Shown piece after piece: positions 21,180 to 35,473 of a DNA stretch of 64,000 nucleotides (its first letter is position 1; every line of letters begins with the position of its first letter). The notes under the pieces are model-generated. The model saw only the letters and a list, made by a program, of their open reading frames with translations, did not search any database and was not told where the DNA came from. The position numbers were made by a program, and so were the translations under genes. This DNA is from Botryllus schlosseri (taxonomy: Eukaryota), in the NCBI GenBank assembly GCA_051294905.1, contig CM119371.1, positions 38,194,001-38,258,000 of the forward strand, read 5' to 3'.

Positions 21180-21625
21180 CTTCATTGCTTCATTGGCTTC
21201 ATTTTTACATTAGCTGGTTTCATTAGCTTTTCGTTAGCTTACTTTTCATTAGCTTACTTTTTCATTAGCTTAATTAGCTTTTCATTAGCTTTTCATTAGC
21301 TTACTTAGCTTTTCATTAGCTTTTCATTAGCTTAATTAGCTTCATTAGCTTTTCATTAGCTTACTTTTCATTAGCTTACTTTTTCATTAGCTTAATTAGC
21401 TTTTCATTAGCTTTTCATTAGCTTACTTAGCTTTTCATTAGCTTAATTAGCTTCATTAGCTTTTCATTAGCTTACTTTTCATTAGCTTACTTTTTCATTA
21501 GCTTAATTAGCTTTTCATTAGCTTTTCATTAGCTTACTTAGCTTTTCATTAGCTTAATTAGCCTTTCATTAGCTTAATTAGCTTTTCCTTAGCTTAATTA
21601 GCTGCATTAGCTTTTCATTAGCTTG
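21180..21625 (-). repeat. Right arm of foldback-type MULE (TTCATTAGCTT arrays)
   Basis: Reverse complement of the 1-575 array. Confidence 0.9.
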
Positions 21626-21870
21626 CATGTACAAAATAAAGGCACCCGTTTCTAGAGTAACTGAGATATAAGGTTCAAGCGGACATGAGTTTATTCACAG
21701 TTAATTCTTCCCGATTTATTCGTATTAATCGTCGGCACTACGAATAGAGAATATTTTAAGGGCGGTCCCGATTTAGTGCTCGAAATAAGACACGGGTGCG
21801 GTTTCCGTGGCGAAAGGGCCGAATTTTTTCCACGCATGACAAATAGAAAAAGGGTTTTCCAGGTGGCGAA

Positions 21871-24800
21871 TTAACCGAACTGAAAATGAAATTCTCCAGG
21901 TCCGCCGCCTCCTGCAAAACAACACAAAAAATTTCAGTCTATATCGGATTTCGGAATGAAATTTTCTATAATATACGATATTTTTATGCAATTTCAAAAT
22001 AAATATAAGCCATTATTGGATATGGGATTACCAAAATTTACAATAATAATCTCTTGGAAGAACGAAATCAGAAATTTTCATTTTTGAGATAATTTTTGAA
22101 ATTCCGAAATTTTTACCTCCGGTCTGAAATTGATGGAAGCCACCACCGTGGCCTCCCCCACCACCGAAAAACATCTGGAAAATATTGGAGGGGTCGAAGT
22201 CGCCCATGGAAGGTCCGTCAATATCTTCGCCCCGGTCAAACCTCTCCCTGCAACACACAAAGTCGTGTAACGCCCAGAACTGTGAAAACTGCTGGATTTT
22301 CAAGTTGTGCTACTATAACTAACCAGATTTAAAAATCTACAACTAATCAACCAAGAACATCACGCAACAGAACACCAGGGTTGTAATGACTCGAGTCACG
22401 ATTTTCTGATGACTTGACTCGACTCAAGTCATTTTCTCAAAACACGGAAATGACTCGACTCGAGTCAATCTGTGTATTGACTCGACTTGAACTCGAGTCA
22501 TTGCGCATGATTCGAACCAAGTCATATGACTCAAGACACAGATTGACTCGAGTCGAGTCATTTCCGTGTTTTGAGAAAATGACTCGACATTATATTGTAA
22601 TTTCAAAGAATAGTAAAGTAACCACACTATTGGGATTTCGTTTATGTTGGTACTAGTACTTGAAAATACGACCAGAAACTGCCAAAATTGAGGAAATTTG
22701 TATATTATAAATGCGAAACATCGGACATCACCAAACAGAGTTAGAAAAAGTGGGTATAACAAGATTTTAACTGGAAACTGACCAGTCAACACATTGACTT
22801 CGACTCGGACTCTAGTCATAATACCATGACTCGGACTCGACCCTCTTCTCGGTGACTTGGACTCGGGGTGAATTGACAATGACTCGACTTGACTCGAGTC
22901 AAAAGCTATAAAAGTGAGATTGACTTGTGACTCGGAACCTTGCGACTTGTTTACAACCCTGCAGGACACCTGTAGCATGATTTAAGCCAGACGACGACAC
23001 TTCTAGTTGTACGGCAACTAATTTTTTTCAGATGCGCTGCTAGAACTAGAACTACTCACTAATCATATTGCGCAACTAGAACTGGAGCTAGAAATACTCG
23101 CTTTCTAACTAGAACGAGAACTGAAACTATTCAGAAAACCAGAAGTCTGTTGACCGTCAACTAGGAGCTGGATGACCATACCTATTTCATTGCACTTTGC
23201 GACAATGCTATCGGTCAATCACGACTTCACAAAAATGCCATTCCAAGAAACGCGTATGGCTTTGTACTGCATGATATGTATGCAGCGATACGACCAACAG
23301 AGGTTTCAGGTCTTTCACAGAGGAAAATAGTATTGAAAGAGACTCGGCTTGAGTCCAACTCAAATCATGATTGCCTGATGACTCGAGGCAAGACAAATGC
23401 ATGAGCTTGTGCACGACTCGAACCAAGGCATATGACTCGAGATCAGGACGGCCAATACTGACATTTCATTGAAGATTTGAAGAATAGTGAAGTCACCACA
23501 TGATTGGTATTTCGTTTATCAGTCCTGATACTTGAAAAATAGGACTAGAAACCGAGAATAATTGCGTTATTATGAAAGCGAGCCATTCTATATAACTCGA
23601 GCTGAGTTGAAAAAACTGTTCCGCAATGGATCAGAATCGAGCAAGTTCCGATGATAAGTGAGTAGTTCTAGTTAAGTTGCGAGTTTTGAAACGTGGGAAG
23701 TTACATCTCAGGTTCTAGTTGTTAGCTTTGAAAATGAGTAGTTCTAGTTTTGAGTTTTGGAAAGTGGGTAGTTTTAGTTCTAGTTGCGAGTTTCGCAAAG
23801 CGAGTAGAACTAGTTCCAATTGTTGGTTTTGAAGAACGAGTAGTTTTAGTTTGAGTAGCGAGTTTTGAAAAGTGAGTAGTTCTAGTTCTGAATTTTGAAA
23901 AGTGAGTAGTTTTAGTTCTAGTTGCGAGTTTTGCAAAGTGAGTATAACTAGATGTAACTGCTGGTTTTGAAGAGCGAGTAGTTTTAGTTAAGTAGAGAGT
24001 TTTGAAGAGCAGCTCTAGTTCTAGTTGCGAGTTTTGCAAAGTGAGTAGAACTAGATGTAACTGTTGGTTTTGAAGAGCGAGTAGTTTTAGTTAAGTAGCG
24101 AGTTTTGAAGAGTAGCTCTAGTTCTAGTTGCGAGTTTTGAAACATGGGAGGTTCTAGTTTCAGATTTTGAAAATCTTGCAGTTTGCAAAAGTCTGGCCGC
24201 ACCTCTTCTTGGGATCGCTGAGAACGGCGAAAGCTTCCCCGATTTCTTTGAACTTCTTCTCTTCCTCTTTCTGAACTTCTGGAGGGTCGTGAGAGTGTTC
24301 TACGTCTGAGTTTTGAAAAGTGAGTAGTTCTAGTTCTGAGTTTTGAAAAGTGAGTAGTTCTAGTTCTAGTTGCAAGTTTCGAAAGGCGAGTAGCTCTAGT
24401 TTTAAGTTGCGAGTTTTGAAACGTAGGAGGTTCTTAGGTTCAGTTCTAGTTGCGCATTTTGAAAACCCTGCAGTTTGCACAAGCCTGGCCGCACCTCTTC
24501 TTGGGATCGCTGAGAACAGCGAAGGCTTCTCCGATTTCTTTGAACTTCTTCTCTTCCTCTTTCTGAACTTCGGGAGAGTCGTGAGAGTGTCGGTCTATGA
24601 GAAAGGAGAGATCGGCTAACTAAACAGCGGGCTCGATTATGTAGATTTAATTTTTTAATCCATTTTATTTTCGGGAACGAAATGCAAAACCGCCAGAAAT
24701 AAAATTTTGACTATGCTTGAAACGAGGCTTTTTTAAAAAGTAGATTTTTACAAAACTTTTTGTACACATGAAGCATTACGAAGCCAAAAATGCATGATAT

Positions 24801-27800
24801 CACCATCAACCTGGGTGATGTAACAACGCCCGCTTCCTGTAGGCCTTTTTGAGGTCGGCGTCGTTCGCAGTTCGCTCAACTCCGAGTATCTTGTAGTAGT
24901 CTTTTCGTTTGCTCATCTTCAGCCTGCGCTCCGCCTCGTCCACCATTCGTTTGTGTTCTGAGACAAGATAACATGTCGAAATCTAATTCGACATTCAAAG
25001 AAAATGAGATTATTCTATCATATTAAAAAAAATTGTAAAATTACTCTTCAAAATCTTACAATCAAAACATCAAGTCTGCGGAAATATTGCTGTCCGGTCG
25101 GCGTTACATGGTATTTCACATTGAAATTAAAATGATGTTTACTCAAGAATTGAAAATCGGACTTTTTTTATAAAAATTTTAAAATTTTCAAATCTAGATA
25201 AAAAGTCAGAGTTCGATCTTGTGTTCGTTCCATACATTTTTCTTTCAATTTTTACCGGCTGCCTGATAAAATTGTTAGGTTGCCTGAGAAAAAAAAAGCG
25301 GCAAACCAATTATGGCTCAATAACAACCTATAGAACCATTGCGCTATGGGAAAAAGTTTCCAATTTATTCAATAAAAATTAATATGAAGTTTATTAAATC
25401 TTACTGGCTACCCCACGAAATTGTTAGGTTGCCTGAAAAATCTATGCGACTCATTCCGTTATAATTTAGCAAATTTTCTGACATTTGTAATGCATACCCT
25501 CAGAATTGTCCAATATTTACAAATGCTGTTTTTAATTGAATGAAAATTATCTTTGCCCTAGGTGGTTGATTATAATAGTAGTTACGGTGAGCAGGTTTGC
25601 AGTGCTGCCCACCACAACTACTATTATAACCAATCACTCAATACAAAGATAATTTTTTTTCGTGATTTCCTCGAGGAATAGAGACCAATTTAAAAATCCG
25701 ATTGTTTATCAATCACACTGCTCCAGAGTACATTTTGCAATAATTTAGTTTGTGTAAACGGAATCCTACATGGATTTTCAAGTCCGCTCCCCCCAATTTT
25801 GTTTTGTCCGTAACTTTTTTTTCTTCGAGTTTAGAGCGAAAATGTTGATTTTTTTGAATTCCTTGGCCCCAAAATTGTATAATTAGACATTTTAATTGAT
25901 TCTCCACCATCATTACAGCAAAAAATATGGATTTTAGAGATTTTTGCGTGCAGCGCCACCTAGTGACATGATAATTTTGAATTTCATTATCTTTTGAACC
26001 GCTGGAAATTTTTCAATCCAATTTTTTTTAATGTACCCAGAATTCAATAAAGAACAACATTTGTAAATATTGGACAATTCTGAGCGTATGCATTACAGCC
26101 CCTGTTAAGTTATAATGGAATTAGCTTTACGCAACAAATTCGACACAATTCCCACCCGTAGAAGCAGAGTTATTGATGCTCAAAATTTAGGATTTCGAAT
26201 CATAGTATTTACGGTGGGTAGATTTTTAATGAATAATTAAAGAATTTGACACCGTAAATAATATCTTTTTCAAATCAAAAATTTTGCGCTCCGATGACTT
26301 CGCTTCTACTGGTTGGAATCGAGCAAAAATTGCTGTACGTTGATTTTTTCGCACAACGTAGAAATTTCCCGGGGTAGCCAGCAACGTTTGATGAGTTTTT
26401 ATCAGATCTCAAGATCGAATTCTCCAGCTCCAATCAACCCACCTCTGGTGTGCTCCAGCTGGAATACTTTCTTGTAATCTCGCACGGCTTCCTCAAACTC
26501 TTCTTCGTCCGTGTACCTGTGAATACCAGAGACAGGCATGGAATTGGATTTGGGCACAGACAAAGAAACGGTCGGACGCTGCTTCCCAATTATTTCGACG
26601 CGTGGTCTGGATTTCGACTTGATTATGTGATCTCGAGTACTTCACAATTTTCATGCATATTTTTAAAGTTTCGGTCATTATGGGAAAAACTGTAGCTATA
26701 TTTTTGGTCTAATTTTGTAAACAAACTTTGGAGCTGCTGTTCTAGTTCAAAACTTTGCAGCTATAATTCTAACTCCAATCGAATTTGGAAGAAAAAACTT
26801 TGGAGTGTTCAACTTTGTAGCTATAATTCTAATTCCAGTCTAATTTTGAAAAAAAGATTTACAGCTATAATTAACTCCAATAAAATTTGGAAACATCTGT
26901 AGCTATCATTCTAATTCTGGTCTAATTTGAAAAAAACAAACTGTGAAGCTATAATTTCAATTGCAATCTAATTTGGAAAAAAGAACTTTGTAGTTTAATT
27001 TTGAAAATAACTTTGTAGCTATAGCTGTAATTCCATTCAAATTTGGAAATAAACTGTAGCTATAATTCTAATTCTAGTCTAATTTTGAAAAAATGATTTA
27101 CAACTATAATTAACTGTAGCTTATCATTCGAATTCTGGTCTAATTTGAAAAAAAAATGTGTAGCTATAACTCTAATTGCAATCTAATTTGGAAAAAAAGA
27201 CTGTAGCTATAATTCTAATTCTCGTACAATATGGAACATGCACAAAATATTCAGACTCACAGCTGGGCCCGTTTCAAGAACGCCTTCACGTATTTATCGT
27301 CGAGCTCGATCGCTATCGTGCAATCCCGAATGGCCTCTTTCCTTTTGCCGACCTTCGACCCGACCAGGGCTCTGTTGCACCTCAGCTTTGCGTTCGTCTT
27401 CCTGTTGTTGATGTCGATCTCCAGCGCCTCGCTGTAGATGTCCAACGCCTCCTGAAACTTGCCGGCGTTGTAGGCGGCGTTGCCGTCTTTCTTCTTGGTG
27501 GCCAGTAACTTGGCTTTCTGTGGTGAGACAAAGGATGATGCTGCTTCATCGGGCCAAGTCATGCGACTCGAGAATCGCACGGCCAAGACCGACATTTCAT
27601 TGTAATTTCGAAGAATAGTAAAGTTACCACACTATTAAAATACCATCGATTGGTACTGTTACTTGAAAACGCGACCAGACACCGTTAACAGGCAGGAAAA
27701 TTAACATATTATGAACGTGAAGCATTTGATATCACCGAGCATAGTTGTACAAAGTGATTTTAAGAAGACTTTACCTCGAAACTGCACAATGAACGCAATG

Positions 27801-30800
27801 ACTCGGACTCGACGCTCTTTCTAATTCCATGATTTTATAATAAATAATTATAGAGTTGATCACCGTAAATACTATTTTATTCAAATCCAAATTTCTCTAC
27901 CGCAATAACTTCACTTCTAGTGGTTGGAATTGAACCAAATTTGGCGTGCACCATCTCTACTGACAGCCTAACAATTTCACGGGGTCGACAGAAAAATTTT
28001 GAAATTTTGTTTTTCAATGGTAAATTCAAAACTTTCTACTGCACGAATTTTGCTTCTAGTGGTTGGAATGGAGGCAAAGTTGATGTGCAGCGTTTATTTA
28101 ACCAACCTAACAATTTTATCAAGTAGTCAGTGGAATTTGAAGGATAATTTTTTTTTGAGCAGCCCTAATGTTTAGCCCATTCAAACAGATAAAAAGCATT
28201 TTCTGCGGCCAATTTTTCATTACCGGTCTTGATATACTGGGATTACCATATTTTGGGATCCGCAAAGGATGACACTTTTCACAGGCTACACAAGTTACTG
28301 CAGCAGACGAGAAAACACGCGTATTTTATATTTATAGAGCCAAGTTCGTAGGGTTGACAAAAGAAAGGTTATTTTCAAGACTCGACTCTCGAAATACCCG
28401 CTTTTACCTTAAATATCAGCAGAGTTGGCTACAAAGAAAAAAAGCTAATTTTCCAACTCGACTCCCGAAATGCCCGTCGTCCGTGGGTTCTGCCAATATT
28501 TCACATAATTCATGGTCTTTTTGGGCATTTTACGCTAAAAAGGAGGACAAATTACCAAAAACAGGACATTCGGGCAAAAAAAAGATTCTTCTACAGGACG
28601 TACGGTGACCCTACGATATATACGAGGCTTGAATTAGTCATGTAGAATGCGGCGAGTCACATGACTTGGTCATGAGAGTCAAGTGACTCAAGTGACAACA
28701 AAAAATTGCGACTAGAGTCACCACAACCCTGGTTATCGGTATCAGCTAGATAACTTGGGCTCTACTTTGTGCGTTCTCTCACCTTCAGAGTCAGCCTGGC
28801 CTTTGTCAAGTCCGGCGACAGCCTCAAGGCGTGAACGAAGAAATTGACGGCTTTGTCGATGTTGTCGTCGTAGTAGAGGCACAAGGCTCGCACGTAAACC
28901 GCGTCTGCGTTGTTGGTGTCTCGTTGGAGAACGTCACTGGAAAAGCGAAGTGGGATATTGAGCGAAAAACCAAAGTAGTCCGCGTTTAGTCACAATGCGC
29001 GTTCTTACTCAAATACAAGTAAACATTTTCAAGACGCGTGAAAACTAATTCAATTGTTAGTAGAATATGAGAGGGCTGAAAAACAGGGCTGGGTAAAATC
29101 GAGGACCTGCATGCTTCGATACAGAATTGAATATTTCGCTCCGAGCCCAGTATGACTATCACAAGGTATGACATCACGCCAGAGTTGTGCATTGTAACTT
29201 TGAAGAATAGTAAAGCCACGACACGATTGGTGTTTCGTCTATCAGTCTTGATACTTGGAAAATGGGACCAGAAACTGTTAGGACTGAGGAAAATGACGAT
29301 ATTATGAATGCAAGCCATTCTATATCACACGAGCAGAGTTGAAAAACGGATATAACTCAAAACTGAACAGTGAACACCATGACTTGAACTCTGACTCGAG
29401 TCAAAACATTATGAATCGGACTCGGCCCTCTACTCAATGACAATGACTCGGTGGTGAATTGAAAACGACTCGACTTGACTCGAGTCAAAACGATTAAAGT
29501 GAGACTGACTCGCGACTCGGAACCTTGCGACTTGGTTACAACCATCCATCACGCGAGTACAGATGATGTGGATTTGTTCAAATACTTACCTTTTATGCGA
29601 CAGCTAAGAAAATATTGCACCGTAAAGATAAATTTGTTATCTTTTCGGCTACGCCTATATTGCTGCATTTCGTGACAATGCTGTTGATCAGTACTTCACA
29701 GAGATGTCATTTCGACTTAGGTTGGTGGTTTTGCATCGTGTTTTTCCAGCAATGTGCTACAATAATCGAGGTTCCAAGGATTCTACGTTATGATAAGTGC
29801 CGACATTATAATTCAGATTCGCGCGCTCCAACCATCGCGGTCGGCCCTAGCGGAACTCAACGGCGACTCACGTTGCTATGCTCTGCGCTTCCTCGTACCG
29901 GCCCAACAGCGCCAGACATTCCGCTTTTTTCATCTTGTACGCCACGCAGGCGGGCGCCACGTGCGACGCTCTCTCCATGCAGAACACGACCTGCGCGGGT
30001 ATGGAAATTAGAATATCATGGACTCAAAAAAGGCGGTTCAACGCTTAACCAGTGACAAATACCGGCGATAGATTCACAAATAGCGCGTGCCAGTCAGAAA
30101 ATTAAAATTATCTCACAGATATGAGCTATCATATTTTCAGATTTTCCAAATTCGATTAAAATTAGAATCATACCTCCACAGTTTATTTCAAAGTAGACTA
30201 GAACTAGAATTATAGGTACAGCTACAGTACATTTCAAATTAGATTAGAATTATAGGCACACATTTTCTTTCCAAATTAGATGAGAATTAGGACAAGGGTC
30301 ACAGGTTTTTCCAAATTTGTATTAGAATCACAGCCCCACAGCATATTTCAAATTAAACTAGAATTAGAATAATAGCTACAGTTTATTTCAAATTACTTCA
30401 GATTGATAGATAAACAATTTCCTTTCAAATTTGATTAGAATTAGAATCATACCTCCACAGTTTATTTTAAATTAAACTAGAATTGGAATTATTGCTAGTT
30501 TATTTCAAATCAAACTAGAATTAGAGTTACAGCAAGTTTATTTCAAATTAGAGTAGAATTACAGCTACACAGGTTTTGTCCAAATTAGATGAGAATTACA
30601 ATTACCAAATTCACAAAAGAGATAACAACAAAAAACCAAGTTCACTTCATGTCAAATACAGATTCAAATCAGAAAATCACACAGCCGATAGTTGAATATC
30701 CCAATTTTGACTTAAATATTTGACTACAAACTTTCAATTTCGACTCAAAATGATCGCACCTGTCTGAAGTCCCTTTTCTCCCAACATTCGTCACTCCTCT

Positions 30801-33800
30801 TTTCATATTCGCTGAGAACTCTCGCATTCTGGACCTGAACGTCAGTTGCACCGTCAGTAAATCGCGAAATGTGCCGTACCAGGGTCGCGATGACTCGAGT
30901 CACGACTCGGCTTGAGTCGCGATTTTCTGATGACTCGTCTTGACTCGAGTCAATTCGTGTATTGACTCGACTTGGATTAGAGTCACTGCGCATGACTCGA
31001 ACCAATTCATATACTTCGAGTCTCAGACGGCCAAGACCGACATTTCTTTGTAATTTCGAAGAATTATTAAAGTAACCACACTTTTGGTATTTCGCCTATT
31101 GGTACTGGTGATTGAAAATGCGACCGGAAACTGTTAAAGCGAGGAAAATTAGTATATTTTAGATGCGAACCATTCGATATCACTAAACGGAGTTATAAAA
31201 AAGTGGTTTTAAAAAGACTTCAACTGGAAACTGAGCAGTCAATGCAATGACTTGGACTTGACCCGGTGCTGAATTGAAAATGACTCGACTTGACTCGAGT
31301 CAAAACTTTAAAAGCGAGATTGACTTGTGACTTGGTTACAACCCTGTGACGCACAATCACTTGTCGATCAGAGGTGCCCATCTGGGTGTAACCAAGTCAC
31401 AAGGTCCCGAGTCACAAGTCAAACACACTTTTATAGTTTGGACTCGAGTCAAGTCGTGGTGTTGAGACTCGAGTCTGAGCACAAGTCATTGTACCTCGCA
31501 TTCATAATGCACAATTGAGTAGTATATTCATATTGAAATGGGAAGGAATTTTGTGCCATCTAAAATTGTACATTTAGCTTGAGGGCTCTCTTCAGCCCAA
31601 TTATTCGAAATTTCATGCAGGTGATACGATTGTTGATATACGTTGCAGGGATGGCGTGAACCTCTGAAAGGTTCTGGTTGTGAGCGAGTAGAACTTGACG
31701 ACATCACTTCCACTTGCACTCAAGCAGCAAACCCGACTACTCTGTGGGTTCTTGCAGCCATCAAGCATAAAGCAGAAAATATTATATCATGTACATTGTA
31801 CAATTGATGATGAACGTGATCACGCGCTACACAACCGTATCAAATCACCTCAGCCATAATAGCCCTCCCGTTAGGGTCTAAATCTTTGGCTTTCTGTAGA
31901 GAGAGAAGTGCCGCTTTCGCGTTCCCCAGGGCGATGTGACATTTGCCCTCACGCAGATGACCCTAAACAGGAACAAATATATGAATAAATAAAAACATCA
32001 TTTGGACAACTACAAAATTTTCAGCTATTCCAAATCAGATTAGAATCAGAATTATAGCTAGTTTTCTTTTTTCCAAATTAGACAAGAATTATAATTATAG
32101 CTACAGCTTTTCCCACATTAGACAAGAATTAGCATTCTAGATACACTATTTTCCAAATTAAATCACAGCAATATTGATTTCGCAAAAACTTGAAAATCGA
32201 ATGAAATGAATGAAAAAACTAGAGAGAAATAGAACAAAACCAACAGTTCATATCAAAACGTAGCTGGTTCTCTTAACCATGAGAATGCTAAATGTCTGCA
32301 CGCCAATCTTGGCTTGTTTCGCACTGTACAGCTCTCTTGTAGCTTTTTCAGGTCAACCAGAAATTAAATCGTAATTGAAATATGAGAGCATAGAAACATT
32401 TCACAAATTAAATTCAAATTACGTACCGACATTTCACTCAATGTAATTATTCAACTAGAATTATTCAGTCCAAGTCTGACACCCAGATCTTGTCAGAAAG
32501 GATACCTTTGCGAATACAGGGTCGATTCTGACGCTGGTCTGCGCGTCTTCTAGAGCCTTCTTGTAGTTGGAGTCCATCATGTACGCGGCCGATCGGTTCC
32601 CGTAGTAGCTGGCGTTCTTTGGGTTCAATTCTGATGAAACGATGAATCTCTAATGGTGTTCATTTACAGGTCTATCATATTTGTCAAGGTCCGTTGACAT
32701 GAGCGTGTGGCTTAAGTTAGGATTGATTTCGGGGGTTTGGTCCGAAACGTACTGAAGTCGGAAAATTTAAAACGTACCGGTAGGGCCTACATTTGGTCGA
32801 GGGGTGGCATACTTTTCAACATTCACAACTACATCGATAAGGGGCACACGAAAAGTCTTCGAGTTAATAAATTCTTTACTGCAATGAATGTTGTCGTGAA
32901 AGCAATACTCAAGTTTAGTACCGCCAACCATATTTTCAAATACTTTTAACAGTAACTCGCAGTTGGCTACTTACAAAACCGCAAGGTGTATCTTTGCGAC
33001 TTCCGCAATATTACTGATGAGACTACAAACAAGTAGAATTTTCGTAAATATAAACACTACAAACCCTACAGCCACTATTTGTAACCCAAGCCATATTTAT
33101 AGTAGAAGGGAACTTCATTTGTAGGCTGAGCAAGTTTTTAAAAGTAGTTCTAATTGACGTAGTGCGGTTCAAAGTAGTAAGATCAAGCATTATATGCTTC
33201 AGACATCGCTTGCACTGCCTCAGGGGTCAATTTCACTAAAAAATCAGTAATTTGCTTTCAACTTTTGCTCTGTACATTTTATAGACATTTAGTTCTATGG
33301 AAGCGAGACAGAAATAATGATGTTTGTGCTGCTTTTAAGCCCAAAACTAGCTTTCTAGCATAAGCGGTTATGAAGATATGGCAAAATTAGCCATTTTCAG
33401 CTTGTCCTCCATGAAATTGCACGGCCACTAGAGGGTGCAGGAGCAGAGAAACATTTCACACATTAGATTAGAATTACATAACTGGCCATTTCACTATAAT
33501 TGGTCTAATTGTATAACTTGGTGATACTATGATACTTTTCATACCAATAAGCAATGGTCATGGTCAATCCCAAAATACCTCGGAACGCATAAAAACTCAC
33601 CGATAGCCTCAGAATACTTTTTCACTGCCTCTCTGTATTTTTTAGTCTTGTAAAATTCATTGCCTTCTTCCTTCCTCTCCTCCGCAGACCTGAAAAAATC
33701 GTCGCAAGTCATGAAACGCCGAGTCACGGTCGGACTGATACAACAAACTAAAGTTGAACCACAGAAATTTTCAACTTTTCCAAATTACATTAGTATCATA

Positions 33801-35085
33801 GATACACAGGTTTTCTTTTTCAAATTAGATTGAAATCAGCGTTATCGTCAGTCAGAATTTGCACGAGAAGTACAACAAAAAACAAGTTCATATCAATTCT
33901 GAGTTTATTATGATAAGCATGGGAATGGCAAATGTCAGAATACCAAGAAAGACGTGGATAACTAGATAATCCTGGCCGGCTTATTACACTAATCAGTGAA
34001 AATGCGACTGGTAATTAAATTTTATTCTTATTTTAGGTTACCCTGAATGCCGCAGGAGAGCTGTATAGCACGAAACGAGCCAATCTTGCTGTGCAGACAC
34101 TTGCCGTTCTCTTGCTTATAAGAATCAACTATGGTTTGTTATCAACGGAACTCTTTTCAATGTTCAAGTGTTCGCGAATTCAGTAATTCCAATTCAGATC
34201 TAATTTGGAAAACAACGTGCAGCTATAACTCTAATTTAAATCTAATTCGATAACAACTGTATAGCTATAACTTCAATTCTACTCACTGCTCTAATTTGGA
34301 AAATACTTAACAGCTGTAATTCTGACTCTAATCTAATCGGGAAATACTGAAAAATATCTTGTTGACCGAGTCTGGCCGAAGGTTGGCTCGTTTCGCCGGG
34401 GTTGCAACGGCCCGAGTCTTGAATTGACTCAAGTCGAGAGTTCTTGCCGACTAAACTTGACTCGAGTCTTTTTCGAATGCTTAAAATGACTCGACGATTT
34501 TCGTATTGAGTTGATTTGTACTCGAGTCATATGACTCGAGACTGGGACGGCCAAGACAGACATTCCATCGAAGAATAGTAAAGTTACCACATTGTTGGTG
34601 TTTCATGTATCAGTCCTGACCCGAAACTTGGAAAATATCGCCAAAAACTGCTAGGGCGGAGGAAAATCACAATATTTTGAATGCGAGCCATTATATGTCA
34701 CTCAGGCAGAGTTTTAAAGAGTGGATGACCATGACTCAGACTCTACTAGCAATCGGTGTTGAAGTGAAAATGACTCGACTTGAGTCAAAATTATAAAAGT
34801 GAGATTGACTTGTGACTCGAAATCTTGTGACTTGGTAGCAACCCGGCGTTTCGCACTATACAGATCTCCTTCAGCATTTCCAGGATAACCAGAAATTACA
34901 ATTATAGTGAGAGCATACAAAGATTCCACAGATCAGATTCTAATATCAGCATTAGGCTCTAATTCAGTCTAATTATACAACTAGAATCACCAGATCTAGA
35001 ATTCAACAAACCTGGTGTTCACTTCCATGTCCACCTCCATAGCCTCTGCGGTCGGCGTCGTGGCGGTCATGTCAGTCATTGGCAT
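21871..35085 (-). CDS. DNAJC7: DnaJ homolog subfamily C member 7 (TPR + J domain), 13 coding exons: 35085-35012, 33689-33601, 32630-32506, 31962-31849, 30834-30760, 29990-29872, 28936-28783, 27517-27261, 26516-26443, 24957-24811, 24594-24495, 22247-22117, 21911-21871
   Basis: GT-AG exons join in phase: [71 protein letters not shown]. Confidence 0.95.
22376..22961. mobile_element. hAT-like MITE with GACTCGAGTC arrays (CAGGGTTGTAA...TTACAACCCTG); further partial copies at ~23340, 27550, 28630, 29130-29545, 30880-31346, 31381, 34400-34845, 40220, 44185
   Basis: TIRs plus near-perfect 8-bp TSD CAGAACAC/CAGGACAC. Confidence 0.8.
23650..24480. repeat. Intronic degenerate tandem repeats (GAGTTTTGAAAAGTGAGTAGTTCTAGTT) around a duplicated DNAJC7 exon
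   Basis: Visible repeated units. Confidence 0.75.
24203..24305 (-). other. DNAJC7: Duplicate of DNAJC7 exon 11 (candidate mutually exclusive exon)
   Basis: Encodes [31 protein letters not shown]; same GTGCGG donor; in-phase AG acceptors. Confidence 0.6.
26690..27220. repeat. Intronic degenerate tandem repeat (TGTAGCTATAATTCTAATTC...TAATTTGGAAA); related tracts at ~30150-30600, 32030-32160, 34190-34340
   Basis: Visible repeated units. Confidence 0.7.
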
Positions 35086-35473
35086 CTTTGGACGTGTGGA
35101 CCAATTACTAATTAAACGACCCAACTGAAAGATGACAAATGTTTTCACTTTCAAAAACACAGAACAGTATAGGATATCAGCGCTAAGACGCTTTCACGAG
35201 TAGGTATCAAGACCCATACATAAATACATCCCCCGTAAACCAGATAAAGCAATCGAGTATAGGCTGTTGTTCAGGCGAGATACATAAGGTAACAATTTAC
35301 GAAATGAATATTTCAAATTTGTCAACACTCAGTGGTAAGATGCAACAGGTGCATAAATACAATTATACAATATGGTTGAATTGCTGCTGAATTTTCCAAA
35401 TTTCTATGCTATAATGTGGCAGTTTTTCTAACTATAACGCTATCAAGACCTTCTTGGAGGTACAGGACTTCCA

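Larger units (their letters stand above)
1..21647 (-). mobile_element. Foldback-type Mutator-like (MULE) DNA transposon, interrupted by a Maverick; left end outside the window
   Basis: Inverted repeat-array arms flank a split MULE transposase ORF; right terminus inferred at ...AAATAAAGGCACCC (21647). Confidence 0.75.

Noticed and set aside
23715..24202. Leucine-rich or Thr-rich repeat proteins in the ORF track
   Set aside because: Translations of intronic tandem repeats
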